This document shows positions 1-8,693 of a stretch of 17,788 nt of DNA, in pieces. The notes beneath the pieces were generated by a model. The model worked only from the letters and a program-made list of their open reading frames with translations. It searched no databases and was not told the origin of the DNA. The DNA lies in the IMG/VR virus record IMGVR_UViG_2870464427_000002; one strand, given 5' to 3'. The position numbers were made by a program, and so were the translations under genes. How positions within the stretch are numbered: position 1 is the stretch's first letter; the number at the start of each line of letters is the position of its first letter. Origin of the DNA: a virus. Lineage: Duplodnaviria > Heunggongvirae > Uroviricota > Caudoviricetes.

Positions 1-765
1 ATGCGCGAACGGGTATCGCAGCAGTTAAAAGAAATAGAACGTCTCTATGGCGTGAAAGTGCTGTACGCCTGCGAATCAGGCAGCCGCGGCTGGGGATTTG
101 CCTCGCCCGATAGCGACTACGATGTACGGTTTTTGTATGTCCATCCGCTGGAATGGTATCTGCGTGTAGAGTCACCGCGCGATGTTATCGAGCTGCCCAT
201 CGACGACGAATTAGATGTTTCCGGTTGGGAGTGGCGTAAGGCGCTGGGATTATTGAAAGGCGCGAATCCGACGCTGATAGAATGGCTGGATTCTCCGGTG
301 GTCTATCAACAAGATGAAGAAACGATAACGGCGCTTAAGGCAATGGTCCCAATGTGGTTTTCTTCGTTGCGTGCACGCTGGCATTACTATTCGATGGCGC
401 AGAAAAACTTCCGCGGCTATTTGCAGGGCGATGAAGTTCGACTGAAAAAATACTTTTACGTGCTGCGTCCGCTGCTGGCCGTACGCTGGGTTGAAGCGGG
501 AAAAGGCGTGCCGCCAATGCGCTTTTCCGAGTTACTGGCGGGAAGCGAGCTTGATGCGCCGTTACGCGTAGAAATAGACGAACTGCTGGAGCGTAAACAG
601 CGAGCGGGGGAGGCGGAATATGGTCCGCGTCGTCCTTTGTTACATGCGTTTATTCGCGCGGAGCTGGCGCGCGGGGAAACTCCACCAGTGTTACCGGATA
701 GCAGAGAAGGGGACGTTAAGGAACTGGATAGTTTACTGTACCAGACGGTAATGCGCCGGGCGTGA
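1..765 (+). CDS. Pol-beta-superfamily nucleotidyltransferase (COG3541 / RlaP-like); probable chromosomal flank
   Basis: 254-codon ORF with its ATG at window base 1. ESGSRGWGFASPDSDYD fits the G[SG]-x(9-13)-D-x-D minimal nucleotidyltransferase signature. It is convergent with the tail cluster, 15 nt from it, and its stop codon lies inside a terminator hairpin. Confidence 0.7.
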   Translation: MRERVSQQLKEIERLYGVKVLYACESGSRGWGFASPDSDYDVRFLYVHPLEWYLRVESPRDVIELPIDDELDVSGWEWRKALGLLKGANPTLIEWLDSPVVYQQDEETITALKAMVPMWFSSLRARWHYYSMAQKNFRGYLQGDEVRLKKYFYVLRPLLAVRWVEAGKGVPPMRFSELLAGSELDAPLRVEIDELLERKQRAGEAEYGPRRPLLHAFIRAELARGETPPVLPDSREGDVKELDSLLYQTVMRRA

Positions 766-781
766 TGCCCGGCGTTATTTT
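754..781 (+). terminator. Rho-independent terminator of the nucleotidyltransferase gene
   Basis: CGCCGGGC (754-761), loop GTGAT, GCCCGGCG (767-774), then TTATTTT. The 8-bp stem is perfect, and the T-tract is present only on the plus strand. Confidence 0.6.
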
Positions 782-1235
782 ACGGCTGATATTGCCAGCT
801 ACTGACTAAAGCGTACAAGTGGTTTGGAGAATAGCGCCAGCTTTCCTTCAGTTGCAGAAATTCAGCACAAAATTCACTGCAAAACAGGCGATCGCGCTGT
901 TCTTTATTACCGATAATAATTCCTAATGCTCCGCGCCAGTCATATTTTTTGCCATCATGTTTACGGAAAAAAGTTTCCACATCCTGAAGGCTGGCCTGGA
1001 GCGGCAGCATATCCCACTTATCCGCTGGCAATGGCATTATTTTTCCGCGTACACCGCGATCGCGCAGTGATGCGGAGTAACAAAGGTATCTCTTTTCACC
1101 ATGCTTAACGGCTAATTCACAGTGGGAATAACTACCGCGTGTGATTTTACGGGTAAGCCAGTCAGCCAGTCGGGCAATACCACGGTGCTCTGTTCGGCCC
1201 TTATAACAAGCGAGCCAGACAGTGGTTTTACTCAT
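780..1235 (-). CDS. Permuted papain-like (YiiX/YaeF, peptidase C92 / NlpC-P60 superfamily-like) protein; last gene of the tail operon
   Basis: 151-aa ORF whose ATG overlaps the upstream Tfa stop (ATGA at 1232-1235). His-before-Cys order: SYSHCEL at about residue 36-42, then GKKYDWRG...LFCSEFCAEF at about residue 95-126. This resembles the YSH ... G.PYD ... YCSE pattern of C92 amidases (recognised from memory). Confidence 0.6.
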   Translation of the reverse strand: MSKTTVWLACYKGRTEHRGIARLADWLTRKITRGSYSHCELAVKHGEKRYLCYSASLRDRGVRGKIMPLPADKWDMLPLQASLQDVETFFRKHDGKKYDWRGALGIIIGNKEQRDRLFCSEFCAEFLQLKESWRYSPNHLYALVSSWQYQP

Positions 1236-1939
1236 GGTTGCCAGCCTGTTGAATAATCGTAGTCGAGCACCGCCTGAATATCGTCCAGTGCTTCCACCGC
1301 CGCGATATGACGCTGGGCGTTTGCGAACAAGCGCATATCGTGATCCATGGTGACCGATTCAAACTGGGCAGCGATTTCGTTGGTTAACTCAATCAGACCA
1401 TTATTTTTAGTTTTCCACATTAACCCTGGCGGAATTTTTTTCTCCGCTCCCATTTTTGTGAGTGAAAGCTGTTGGATACGGCTATTTGTATCACTGTGGA
1501 AGTGATGGTTGTTGATGATGATGTAATCGGTTGTGATGGCATCGCGTTGATTTTTGATTGCAGAGTATTTCGCCTCTTTAGCATCGGTTATAGATGGTTG
1601 CCATTTTTCACCATCCCAACGTTCAAAAGAACCTGTCGGGGAAATGACTGTTACATTTTCAGGTAATTGGCCCAATTCTTGAATAATAAGCTGGCTACCA
1701 TCAACTTTGTTATAAACAGTTTGGCCTCGATGATCTTCAATAAGTCTCCATGTTTCATTCTCCCACACTGGAGTAAAACCAGGAGCCTTTTCGGGAGGTG
1801 AAATTAATGTGCAATAATTTGGCAAGCCTGTATTAGGTGCAATGTATGCATCAGACTCACCGATATATTCTTGGGAGTCTTGTGAAAAATTATATACAGT
1901 TAGTATTTGAGCTTCATCAGAAAAGGTAAAAGTATTCAT
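1232..1939 (-). CDS. Tail fibre assembly chaperone, chimeric (lambda Tfa-like N-domain plus DUF4376-like C-domain)
   Basis: 235 aa. The N-terminal part ([25 protein letters not shown] ... [34 protein letters not shown] ... ERWDGEKW) aligns by eye with lambda Tfa-type chaperones. The C-terminal half is a different module. ATGA overlap with the fibre stop. Confidence 0.85.
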   Translation of the reverse strand: MNTFTFSDEAQILTVYNFSQDSQEYIGESDAYIAPNTGLPNYCTLISPPEKAPGFTPVWENETWRLIEDHRGQTVYNKVDGSQLIIQELGQLPENVTVISPTGSFERWDGEKWQPSITDAKEAKYSAIKNQRDAITTDYIIINNHHFHSDTNSRIQQLSLTKMGAEKKIPPGLMWKTKNNGLIELTNEIAAQFESVTMDHDMRLFANAQRHIAAVEALDDIQAVLDYDYSTGWQP

Positions 1940-3516
1940 GCTAGCCTCACAATATAGTTGAATGCGATATTTTTGACGGTGTTTTCGGTGCTGCCGGTAT
2001 TATTAATGGTTAGGGAGTGGTTATGGGAACCAAGTGCAATTGAATGCGAATGGGTGCCGAGCGCAACAGTGTGCGAATGGGAACCAATTGTAACACTATG
2101 AACGTGTGATGGAACATTAATTGCCAAAGATGATCCGGTACCAGGGCCATATGATGTCCAGTCGCCTTGGCCCTCTGGTGAAGATGTCCCTGTTCTTACT
2201 GTTGCAGTTGCCGAGCCTGAGCCAGATGAACTTGTTGTTTTATTTCCATGGTTAAATGATGATGCAGTTTTAGTCCCCAAGTCTGTGAGGGGTGTGGTTT
2301 TCGTCCCTAAATCAGTACTCGAAATACTGCCCGTATGGTTATGTGATTTAACTCCATCCAGTTCAGTAGATAATATAGCGCGCCCACTGGATGGTTTTCC
2401 TTTAATTATCCATCCGCGCATATCAGGAATAACACCAGATGGATATGCAATTGCCAGTTTGGGATAGGAGGTTTTATTAAATGTCTGACCTGTCATCAGA
2501 GCGTAGCCTGAAGGTACAGAATCAGATGGCCAGGGAATAGGCATCCCAACAGGACAGCTTTCCGCAGCAATAGCCTTATCCATCGCTGCCTTAACCGCGT
2601 TCGGCGTCGCAGCTTCCGTCGTACTGGTGCTGTTGGTCGCATTATTAAGTTTCACGACCCCTTTTTGTGTCAGCGTACCGTCGGGGATACCTGTTATTTG
2701 CCCCCAGGCATGGGTATGGCTGGACGGCGCCGCAGCAATAGCCTTGTCCATCGCTGCTTTAACCGCACTTGGCGTTGCAGCTTCCGTTGTACTGGTGCTA
2801 TTTGTTGTGTTGTTAAGTTTAACGACTCCTTTCTGCGTCAGTGTACCGTCAGGGATACCAGTAATCTGATTCCAGGCATGAGTATGACTGGTTGCGGCTT
2901 TGCTATTTGCCAGGTCATATGCCGTTTTTACCGCTTTTGGCGTGGCTGCTTTAGTCTCATCATCGCTATTAGTTGCATTACTGAGCTGCGTAAAACCTTT
3001 TTGTGTCAGCGTCGCATCAGGATGATTTCGTGATTGCTGATGTGTTTTCAACGCGTCATCGACATATTCCCTGGTTGCCACAACGACTGAAGGGTCGATC
3101 AAAAGCGTCACCGCGTCTGCATTGGTGACTTCCATGACCGCGCGTATAACGATTTGCTTACTGGCCCCCGCAGGTAATCGTGGCTTATAGGTTTCCGGGA
3201 ATTTACCAATAGCGACCAGCGTGCCGTCGGTATCCAGTAACCCAACTTCGCGTACATACCAGCCTCCGACTTGTTCGGGAATAATCGCTTCTGCGATAAC
3301 CCAGGCCGGATTATCTGGCGCAATTTTTAATGTATTGAGCTGACCACGCCAGACCTCATGGACTACTTTGGTCTGACTTTCTGTCGGTTCGATATATTTA
3401 CCATTACCGTCGCCAACTACCATAGTTTGCAGACGGATCTGTTTTTGCTCGGCCAGTGCTGAGGCAATTTTGGCTTTGCCTGCAGCAGTTAATATTGTAA
3501 AAAATTCACTTGCCAT
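1936..3516 (-). CDS. Tail fibre (P2 gpH / Mu S-like N-terminus; fibre repeats; tail-collar domain with HxH-rich tip)
   Basis: I place the true start at ATG 3516 ([18 protein letters not shown]...), 2 nt after the gpI-like stop. The tracked ORF extension to 3639 overlaps gpI. The N-terminus (TMVVGDGNG...HEVWRGQLN...[29 protein letters not shown]) is P2 H-like. There are three TLTQKG...ATNS...EAATP.AVK fibre repeats. The collar reads [23 protein letters not shown]...IPDMRGW. The C-terminus carries SHNH, SHVHS, SHSHT, THSHS and SHNHS motifs and ends [11 protein letters not shown]. Confidence 0.9.
   Translation of the reverse strand: MASEFFTILTAAGKAKIASALAEQKQIRLQTMVVGDGNGKYIEPTESQTKVVHEVWRGQLNTLKIAPDNPAWVIAEAIIPEQVGGWYVREVGLLDTDGTLVAIGKFPETYKPRLPAGASKQIVIRAVMEVTNADAVTLLIDPSVVVATREYVDDALKTHQQSRNHPDATLTQKGFTQLSNATNSDDETKAATPKAVKTAYDLANSKAATSHTHAWNQITGIPDGTLTQKGVVKLNNTTNSTSTTEAATPSAVKAAMDKAIAAAPSSHTHAWGQITGIPDGTLTQKGVVKLNNATNSTSTTEAATPNAVKAAMDKAIAAESCPVGMPIPWPSDSVPSGYALMTGQTFNKTSYPKLAIAYPSGVIPDMRGWIIKGKPSSGRAILSTELDGVKSHNHTGSISSTDLGTKTTPLTDLGTKTASSFNHGNKTTSSSGSGSATATVRTGTSSPEGQGDWTSYGPGTGSSLAINVPSHVHSVTIGSHSHTVALGTHSHSIALGSHNHSLTINNTGSTENTVKNIAFNYIVRLA
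2564..2899. repeat. In-frame tandem duplication, 2 x 168 bp (56 aa), inside the fibre gene
   Basis: GCAGCAATAGCCTT starts at 2564 and again at 2732. The units encode SHTHAW(N/G)[20 protein letters not shown](T/A)[12 protein letters not shown](S/N)[13 protein letters not shown] more diverged third copy follows, roughly 2900-3040. Confidence 0.85.
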
Positions 3517-3518
3517 TA

Positions 3519-4235
3519 TTACTCCGGATATACAGACATAATTTCGGTGCTCCAGTATCCTGTGCCGACCTTCATCGGTTGGGATTGTGTAAGGCGATCG
3601 GGTTGATAAGGTAGTAGTTGGATATATTCCTCCACACAATAACCCGTCGCTAAAAATATTCCTGATGACTGGCTGAGGCTTTCTGCAACAGGAGGCAATA
3701 CTGTAATGACTTCCCCTCCTTGCATGGCGCTGCCAATAACTGGTATTGGGCTTCGATTAATAAGCCAAATAACAATGCTTTCCAGCTTTGAACGAACATT
3801 TTTATATTCATGAATTAATGTGATAAGTGCATTGAATTCATCTTCATTTAATCCTTTTTCCTCTAGTGTAATATTTACCTTAAAAAAATAAGCCCTTCCC
3901 CCATATTCAAACCATTCTGAAATAGTTCCGGGTAAGGAAAGTATTTCCAGCACTCGCCGTACCGCCCAAATTGTTCCTTTATATTTATGCAGTTCAATGG
4001 CTTGTTTAATTAACTCGCGTTTCTCCCGCTCATCGGTGGTAAATAACCAACCTTCCAGCCCCTGAACGTGAAATTGTTCTGCAAGGGCTGGTAATGCCGA
4101 AGCATCAACCAGGTCGACCAGATAAACCATCAACGCCGTCAGATCGAGTTGGGCAAAACGCTCGGCGGCGATGTTTGCCAGAATCGAAAAACGCTCATCG
4201 CTGGCAAGCGGCGGCGGTGGCAGCAATTTATCCAT
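3519..4235 (-). CDS. Baseplate/tail protein, P2 gpI-like (Mu gp48 slot), with a C-terminal extension
   Basis: I prefer ATG 4235 ([27 protein letters not shown]..., GGAG 9 nt upstream, 8-nt overlap with the J stop) over the tracked TTG at 4250. The LLPP..L..ER start and the position after J match gpI. At 238 aa it is longer than P2 gpI. Confidence 0.8.
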   Translation of the reverse strand: MDKLLPPPPLASDERFSILANIAAERFAQLDLTALMVYLVDLVDASALPALAEQFHVQGLEGWLFTTDEREKRELIKQAIELHKYKGTIWAVRRVLEILSLPGTISEWFEYGGRAYFFKVNITLEEKGLNEDEFNALITLIHEYKNVRSKLESIVIWLINRSPIPVIGSAMQGGEVITVLPPVAESLSQSSGIFLATGYCVEEYIQLLPYQPDRLTQSQPMKVGTGYWSTEIMSVYPE

Positions 4236-5343
4236 CGCTGACTCCGGCAATCGTGACGTCTATTGCAGTGCATTCCGCCCATTCATGCGCCTGCAAAATA
4301 CGTTTTGTAGGCATATTCAGCGCAACGTCATAGACGCCATCGACCTGTAACACTTTGATTATCTGGTTTGGCACAATGTCCTGCCCCAGATGTTTCTGCC
4401 GCTGTTGCGTCCAGAGGCTAATCGCTTTACGCGCCGCAGCCAGCGTTGTCTCCTGATCGGCGGTGGTAAACAGCATTAGCTGCGCACGGATCTCATACGG
4501 CACTCGAAGAGCGCATTTCGCACTCACTTTGTCGGTCAGCGGTCGTTTTTTCTCCTTGCTGACTTCTTGTTCAATCTGCGCCAGCAACTCCGTGCCGGGT
4601 AGACCATTCAGGGTTAGCGGGTAGATCTCCACGCAGCCTTCTGGCAATCCCTCGTCCGGCCCCAGTACTGCAACGTCAATAATCGACTGGCTAACAGAAA
4701 GCGTATGAAAGCGGTAGGCACCATAGCTGCCCGCATTACTAAAGCTTTCTGGTGCCAGTTGGATACGCTGGCGCAATGCGTCATCGCTCTCTTCACCGCA
4801 GCCGCCCGTTGACGCAGTCAGGTTGGTTACGTTGATGTCATAATGACCAATCCTGTCGACCAGTGCGCTAATTTGTGCAGGCTGCCAGCCGTTACCCTGT
4901 TCACCTGCTGCGAGGCTGGTGGCAGGAACGGCGATATGCAAACTCCTGGCCGGAAGCAGAACATCTTCATCGGTGGCGAACATCACGCTATCAGAGGCAC
5001 TGGCCCGCGTCCCCTGGGGAATCAGGATATTGCCGGGATACGCACTAACGACCGAAAACTGCAACGTCGTTTTTGCAGGCTGCGCAGGCAAACGGTGAAC
5101 TCCCACCAACTCCCCTAAATAATCCAGCATTGGCGCGCGGGAATACGCGACCAGGTTTTGTTTCGCCGCTTCCTGAATGGCGATGCGTACAAGGTTTTCA
5201 CGATAGGCAAACAGGTCGATGAGCAACCGCTCAGCCTGTGCCGGATAGAGTTTTTTACCACTGGCATCTTCGTATTGCGCAATCATCTCACTGGTAATTT
5301 GCGCAGGATCGCGGTCAATAAAATTGGGTTCGGCTATCGCCAT
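4228..5343 (-). CDS. Baseplate wedge protein, P2 gpJ / Mu gp47-like
   Basis: 371 aa. N-terminus FIDRDPAQITSEMIAQYEDASGKKLYPAQAERLLIDLFAYRE is typical of the Baseplate_J family. It overlaps the W stop by 10 nt. Confidence 0.9.
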   Translation of the reverse strand: MAIAEPNFIDRDPAQITSEMIAQYEDASGKKLYPAQAERLLIDLFAYRENLVRIAIQEAAKQNLVAYSRAPMLDYLGELVGVHRLPAQPAKTTLQFSVVSAYPGNILIPQGTRASASDSVMFATDEDVLLPARSLHIAVPATSLAAGEQGNGWQPAQISALVDRIGHYDINVTNLTASTGGCGEESDDALRQRIQLAPESFSNAGSYGAYRFHTLSVSQSIIDVAVLGPDEGLPEGCVEIYPLTLNGLPGTELLAQIEQEVSKEKKRPLTDKVSAKCALRVPYEIRAQLMLFTTADQETTLAAARKAISLWTQQRQKHLGQDIVPNQIIKVLQVDGVYDVALNMPTKRILQAHEWAECTAIDVTIAGVSDG

Positions 5344-5693
5344 AACACCTCCGTTGAGTTGATAACGCCGTCAGCGGCGCGCCATTGCACACGTAACGTC
5401 AGATGTTCGCCGTCGATTACTGGTGTCACCTTCAGCAACCGACAGCGCGGTTCCCACTGGCGGATGGCTTCCACCGACTCCCGTACCACATGCGGGATAG
5501 CCCGCTCGATGGGGTAATCGATGTAGTGCCACAAGTTGCTGCCAAACAGCGGTCTGTGGGGATCACTGCCGCGCGGTGTACGCAGAATGATGTGTATTGC
5601 CTGGTGAATATCATCCAGCCCGCAGACGTATTCTTCAGGCCGCTGCAAGGCCGGTTGCCAGTGCAGCGTTGAGGGGCGTGTTTTTGTGTTCAT
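5334..5693 (-). CDS. Baseplate wedge protein, GPW/gp25 family (P2 gpW-like)
   Basis: 119 aa. GLDDIHQAIHIILRTPRGSDPHRPLFGSNLWHYIDYP aligns with the P2 W core (ILRTP.GSR....YGS). No recognisable Shine-Dalgarno sequence precedes the ATG. Confidence 0.88.
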   Translation of the reverse strand: MNTKTRPSTLHWQPALQRPEEYVCGLDDIHQAIHIILRTPRGSDPHRPLFGSNLWHYIDYPIERAIPHVVRESVEAIRQWEPRCRLLKVTPVIDGEHLTLRVQWRAADGVINSTEVLWR

Positions 5694-5756
5694 GAGGGTA
5701 TTTTCGCCCTGAACGGGCTGTGGAGATATTAAAGCGATTTAGAAAACTGATTGATT

Positions 5757-5786
5757 AAAAAGAGAAAACCCGCCATCAGGCGGGTT
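5757..5786 (-). terminator. Intrinsic terminator inside the tail cluster, between gpV and gpW
   Basis: On the minus strand: AACCCGCC-TGAT-GGCGGGTT followed by TTCTCTTTTT. It starts 5 nt after the gpV stop. Confidence 0.6.
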
Positions 5787-5791
5787 AAAAG

Positions 5792-6493
5792 TCAGTGTGA
5801 ATGGTGGTTGGAGTTGCCACCGCTGTCCTGCAATGCGCCGCTGGCCTGAACGTTGCCGATCACGTTGACATTGCCGGTTATCGTGGCTGCGTTACCGATG
5901 CCTCCACTTCCTGCCATCCCGCCAAGCCAGGTGAGTTTTTTCATTACCGTGACGTTGCCAGTAAAGGTGCTCATGGGCGCATCTACCGTCACTGCTGCTG
6001 CTTTAACCTCGACCTTAGTGGCGTCGATGCTGACATCGGTCGCTTTAACATCGACGGTATCGGAAGTCACGGTGACGTGTTGGGCTTTAATCTCAACGTT
6101 GGGCGATGTCAGGCGGGTGCTGTCGATAACCTCAATCACGATTTTCTCGATACCGCCGTTAATCGTCAGCTGGTGCGTGCTGCGGTCATATTCAAACGCT
6201 GCGCCATCAGAAAACTGGACGTAACGTTTGTCGCGCGAGGCTACAGGCGCGGTGTCAACCGTAGAATAAACGGCACCCAGCACCACGCCATCTTCACCGT
6301 TATCGTCCAGCAGAACTTCCACTTGCTCGCCCATATCCGGTAGCCAGTAGTCTTTATTGTCCTGGGAATTGCGTTGAAGTACCGCAAGCCAGTTGCTCTT
6401 CAGATTGTCACACTCTGGTAGAGTGACCCGTACCCGAACACTGGTTTCGTCAATATCGCTGATAATCCCCGTTTGACGGGTTACTCCTTTCAT
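5792..6493 (-). CDS. Baseplate central spike, P2 gpV / Mu gp45-like
   Basis: 233 aa. The N-terminus is OB-fold-like (GIISDIDETSVRVRVTLPECDNLKSNWLAVLQR). The C-terminus has beta-helix-like repeats (VTVTSDTVDVKATDVSIDATKVEVKAAAVTVDA) and a His-rich tip, NSNHHSH. A strong RBS, AGGAGGAAAT, precedes the ATG. Confidence 0.9.
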   Translation of the reverse strand: MKGVTRQTGIISDIDETSVRVRVTLPECDNLKSNWLAVLQRNSQDNKDYWLPDMGEQVEVLLDDNGEDGVVLGAVYSTVDTAPVASRDKRYVQFSDGAAFEYDRSTHQLTINGGIEKIVIEVIDSTRLTSPNVEIKAQHVTVTSDTVDVKATDVSIDATKVEVKAAAVTVDAPMSTFTGNVTVMKKLTWLGGMAGSGGIGNAATITGNVNVIGNVQASGALQDSGGNSNHHSH

Positions 6494-6502
6494 ATTTCCT
6501 CC

Positions 6503-7543
6503 TTACTGGCTGGTCGCTGGCCCGCGTGACACGTCGATTTCAGTGGTATAGCCGCTGCGCACAAAACTGTGAGTAGATTTATCAATCAGCCACTGACCGG
6601 AAATCACGCCAAAATCGGTCAGTTCAATTTTATTGCCCGCCGTCAGTTCCGGGCAGCCCATCATTGTGAGCGTTCCGGTTTGCTGATATTCGTTGTGGCT
6701 GTCGAGTGCAGCGTTAGCCTTTGCCTGTGCTGCGCCAACGTCCGTCGCCCGACTGTTCAGTTTTAGCGTGTCGGCACTAGTGCCGACTCCACGGACAGAT
6801 GGTTTTTGCTGGCTGTTGTGAGTGTAGATAACCAGTTCTTTTTTCTTACTATTTTGATGCTGTACGGTGGCGTTCTTGTAGATCCGGTTAATGGTGTCTT
6901 TGAAGGTAAAATGAGAAACCTCTTTGCGATCGATCTTTTTCACAGGCGTCAGGCAGCGCAGCGTGGGTAAATGTGAAAAAATCAGCTCTTTTGTCGTCAC
7001 TTTTACGGCATAACCATATTCACTGGCCAGACGTTTGAGAAATCCGACATCGGTTTCACCATACTGCGTTACCCGGTCGATGGTGAGCGACTCGATTTTG
7101 CCCACCAGTTTCAGACCGTGCGTTTGGGCAATACGGCTGGCGATCGCCGAAAGCGTCGTTTCTTCAAAGCCCTGGCTGTTACGGGTGCGCAGCGCCTGAT
7201 TGACGGAAGTGGCGATGCCATCAATATTTACCGTGGAAGGTGGCGCTGAAATATCAATTTTATCAATAATATACTGGCCACAATCGAGCAGCTTTTCCCC
7301 CTGATAACCTATATGCAGCGCCAGCGTATCGCCTTTGCCGGGATACCACTCTTTTATCCAGCGTCCATCTGTGTCATCCAGTGTAATTGCGATGGTATCC
7401 GACTCGTTTTTGATGCTGTCGTGGTAACTGATGCTGGTGACATAGGGTGTGATGTCATAAGTGATATCTTTATGCCCATACCAGAGGGTAAAAATGGGCG
7501 TGAGTGTGGCAAAGACGCCACCAGTTACGCTCATCTCAGCCAT
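6503..7543 (-). CDS. Baseplate hub protein, P2 gpD / Mu gp44 (late control D) family
   Basis: 346 aa. Its position follows X and precedes V. The motifs ETDVGFLKRLASEYGY and the C-terminal GNKIELTDFG...GQWLIDKSTHSF...GYTTEI are typical of the gpD family. Confidence 0.88.
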   Translation of the reverse strand: MAEMSVTGGVFATLTPIFTLWYGHKDITYDITPYVTSISYHDSIKNESDTIAITLDDTDGRWIKEWYPGKGDTLALHIGYQGEKLLDCGQYIIDKIDISAPPSTVNIDGIATSVNQALRTRNSQGFEETTLSAIASRIAQTHGLKLVGKIESLTIDRVTQYGETDVGFLKRLASEYGYAVKVTTKELIFSHLPTLRCLTPVKKIDRKEVSHFTFKDTINRIYKNATVQHQNSKKKELVIYTHNSQQKPSVRGVGTSADTLKLNSRATDVGAAQAKANAALDSHNEYQQTGTLTMMGCPELTAGNKIELTDFGVISGQWLIDKSTHSFVRSGYTTEIDVSRGPATSQ

Positions 7544-7740
7544 GGTGGGATCTCCGATAAGGTTTTATTAACGGAAATGACCGGAATAATGAGCTGAATA
7601 CCGGAAGGCAGTACCGGGTAAATGGCTACATGTGGATTGGCGGCGATTATGCGTTCATAAGCCAGCGCATCACCGTAGTAATGCCATGCCAGGTTATCCC
7701 AGCGTTCGCCATCGGTGGTGATATGTTCAAGGTATCGCAT
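7531..7740 (-). CDS. Tail protein X (P2 gpX-like, LysM-like)
   Basis: 69 aa. TTDGERWDNLAWHYYGDALAYERIIAANPHV...LPSGIQLIIPVI matches the gpX pattern. TAATG overlap with the upstream gene. Confidence 0.85.
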   Translation of the reverse strand: MRYLEHITTDGERWDNLAWHYYGDALAYERIIAANPHVAIYPVLPSGIQLIIPVISVNKTLSEIPPWLR

Positions 7741-8693
7741 TACCAGCTCCTGGTAATGGTTACGGCAGCAAGCTGGCTCACTGCGGGAGTGGTTTGTTGT
7801 ACCGTTGTACGTGCCTGCTCAACCAACGACGTGGCTTTATCGAACGTCGCTTCGGCGATGTCGCTGGTAATGTCGTCGAAAAGCGCCTGAGCATGGTCAA
7901 CCAGCGTACTGGCGTCATTGGCGCAGTCCCGGATACCTGGCATGTTACCCAGTAAAGCTTTAATCTGCGCCGACAACGCTTTTGGTAGGCCTGCCAGCGT
8001 TTGCAGATCCATTGGCTGTTTAAACAGGGTTTCGATGGCGTCGATTGTCTTTTTCAATGACGTAATTATCTTTTCACACTTTTCTTTTAACGCTTTGGCC
8101 TCTTTAATCATTGCTTTCACTTTTGCCACCGTTTTTTTAATATCTTCAATGGATTGTGTCAGTTCATCCAGCATCTCTTTGGCCTTACGCATACCTTCTT
8201 CAATGGCGTTTAATATCTGATCAAACCAGGACTCCACCTTGTCGGGAAAATCGCTCGCCTTTTCCTCGATGTTGGGCTCCTGGGTGGTAATCGCCGGAGG
8301 TAAAAGTGGATTTTTAGGATCGCCGGTGTACTCCTGGAGCGACATCGTTCCGTTTTGGGCAATCACATTGCCCCAGGGATCGGTGTGCTGGTGGGTGGCG
8401 GTTAGCTCCGTAATCACAAACCAGCCGCGATAATCGCCATTGCCAAATACCAGTGCCATCGCCTTGTGAGCAAGCATGGCTTCACGCAGTCGGTTCAGCT
8501 CTGTTGTGGGCTGGCAAAACTGGCTGTGCAGGGAAAATTCCAGCGCCAGCATATCCAGCTTATCGCCAATAAACTGCACGCCGGGTTTGCCTTCTATACG
8601 GGCATGTGTGGCGTAATCCACGCCCATTGTGCTTTTAAAGCCGTCCCAGAATGTGACAACCTTAAATTCAATCTCTCCTAAAACGGCATACAT
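7740..8693 (-). CDS. gpU-like tail protein fused to a ~190-aa coiled-coil extension (occupies the Mu N/gp43 slot)
   Basis: The first ~125 aa (MYAVLGEIEFKVV...THARIEGKPGVQFIGDKLDMLALEFSLH...GNGDYRGWFVITELTATH) resemble P2 gpU. The rest is a K/E-rich helical repeat (MRKAKEMLDELTQSIEDIKKTVAKVKAMIKEAKALKEKCEKIITSLKKTIDAIE...). TAATG overlap with the tape-measure stop. Confidence 0.75.
   Translation of the reverse strand: MYAVLGEIEFKVVTFWDGFKSTMGVDYATHARIEGKPGVQFIGDKLDMLALEFSLHSQFCQPTTELNRLREAMLAHKAMALVFGNGDYRGWFVITELTATHQHTDPWGNVIAQNGTMSLQEYTGDPKNPLLPPAITTQEPNIEEKASDFPDKVESWFDQILNAIEEGMRKAKEMLDELTQSIEDIKKTVAKVKAMIKEAKALKEKCEKIITSLKKTIDAIETLFKQPMDLQTLAGLPKALSAQIKALLGNMPGIRDCANDASTLVDHAQALFDDITSDIAEATFDKATSLVEQARTTVQQTTPAVSQLAAVTITRSW

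Noticed and set aside
2564-2899. Regular repeats that could be mistaken for a CRISPR array or a DGR variable/template pair
   Set aside because: There are only two or three directly abutting units with no spacers. They are in frame within the fibre gene. No cas or reverse-transcriptase genes are present, and no adenine-specific mismatch pattern was noted.
1232-3516. Invertible fibre segment (Gin/Cin/Min-type, as in Mu, P1 and carotovoricin)
   Set aside because: There is no invertase gene, no second inverted fibre C-terminus/chaperone set, and no inverted crossover repeats flanking the fibre tip within the window.
3517-3639. 41-codon N-terminal extension of the fibre ORF in the track ([10 protein letters not shown]...)
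   Set aside because: It overlaps the end of the gpI-like gene in another frame. The conserved P2 H-like N-terminus begins at the internal ATG 3516, 2 nt after the gpI stop.
5801-6343. Long plus-strand ORFs antisense to tail genes (5801-6343, 5853-6224, 10172-10675, 9441-9791, 9852-10184, 2627-3033, 7918-8220 and others)
   Set aside because: They lie entirely inside well-supported minus-strand genes. They have low-complexity or repeat-mirroring translations (for example antisense to the gpV beta-helix and to the fibre repeats), and they lack RBSs and any family resemblance. They are shadow ORFs.
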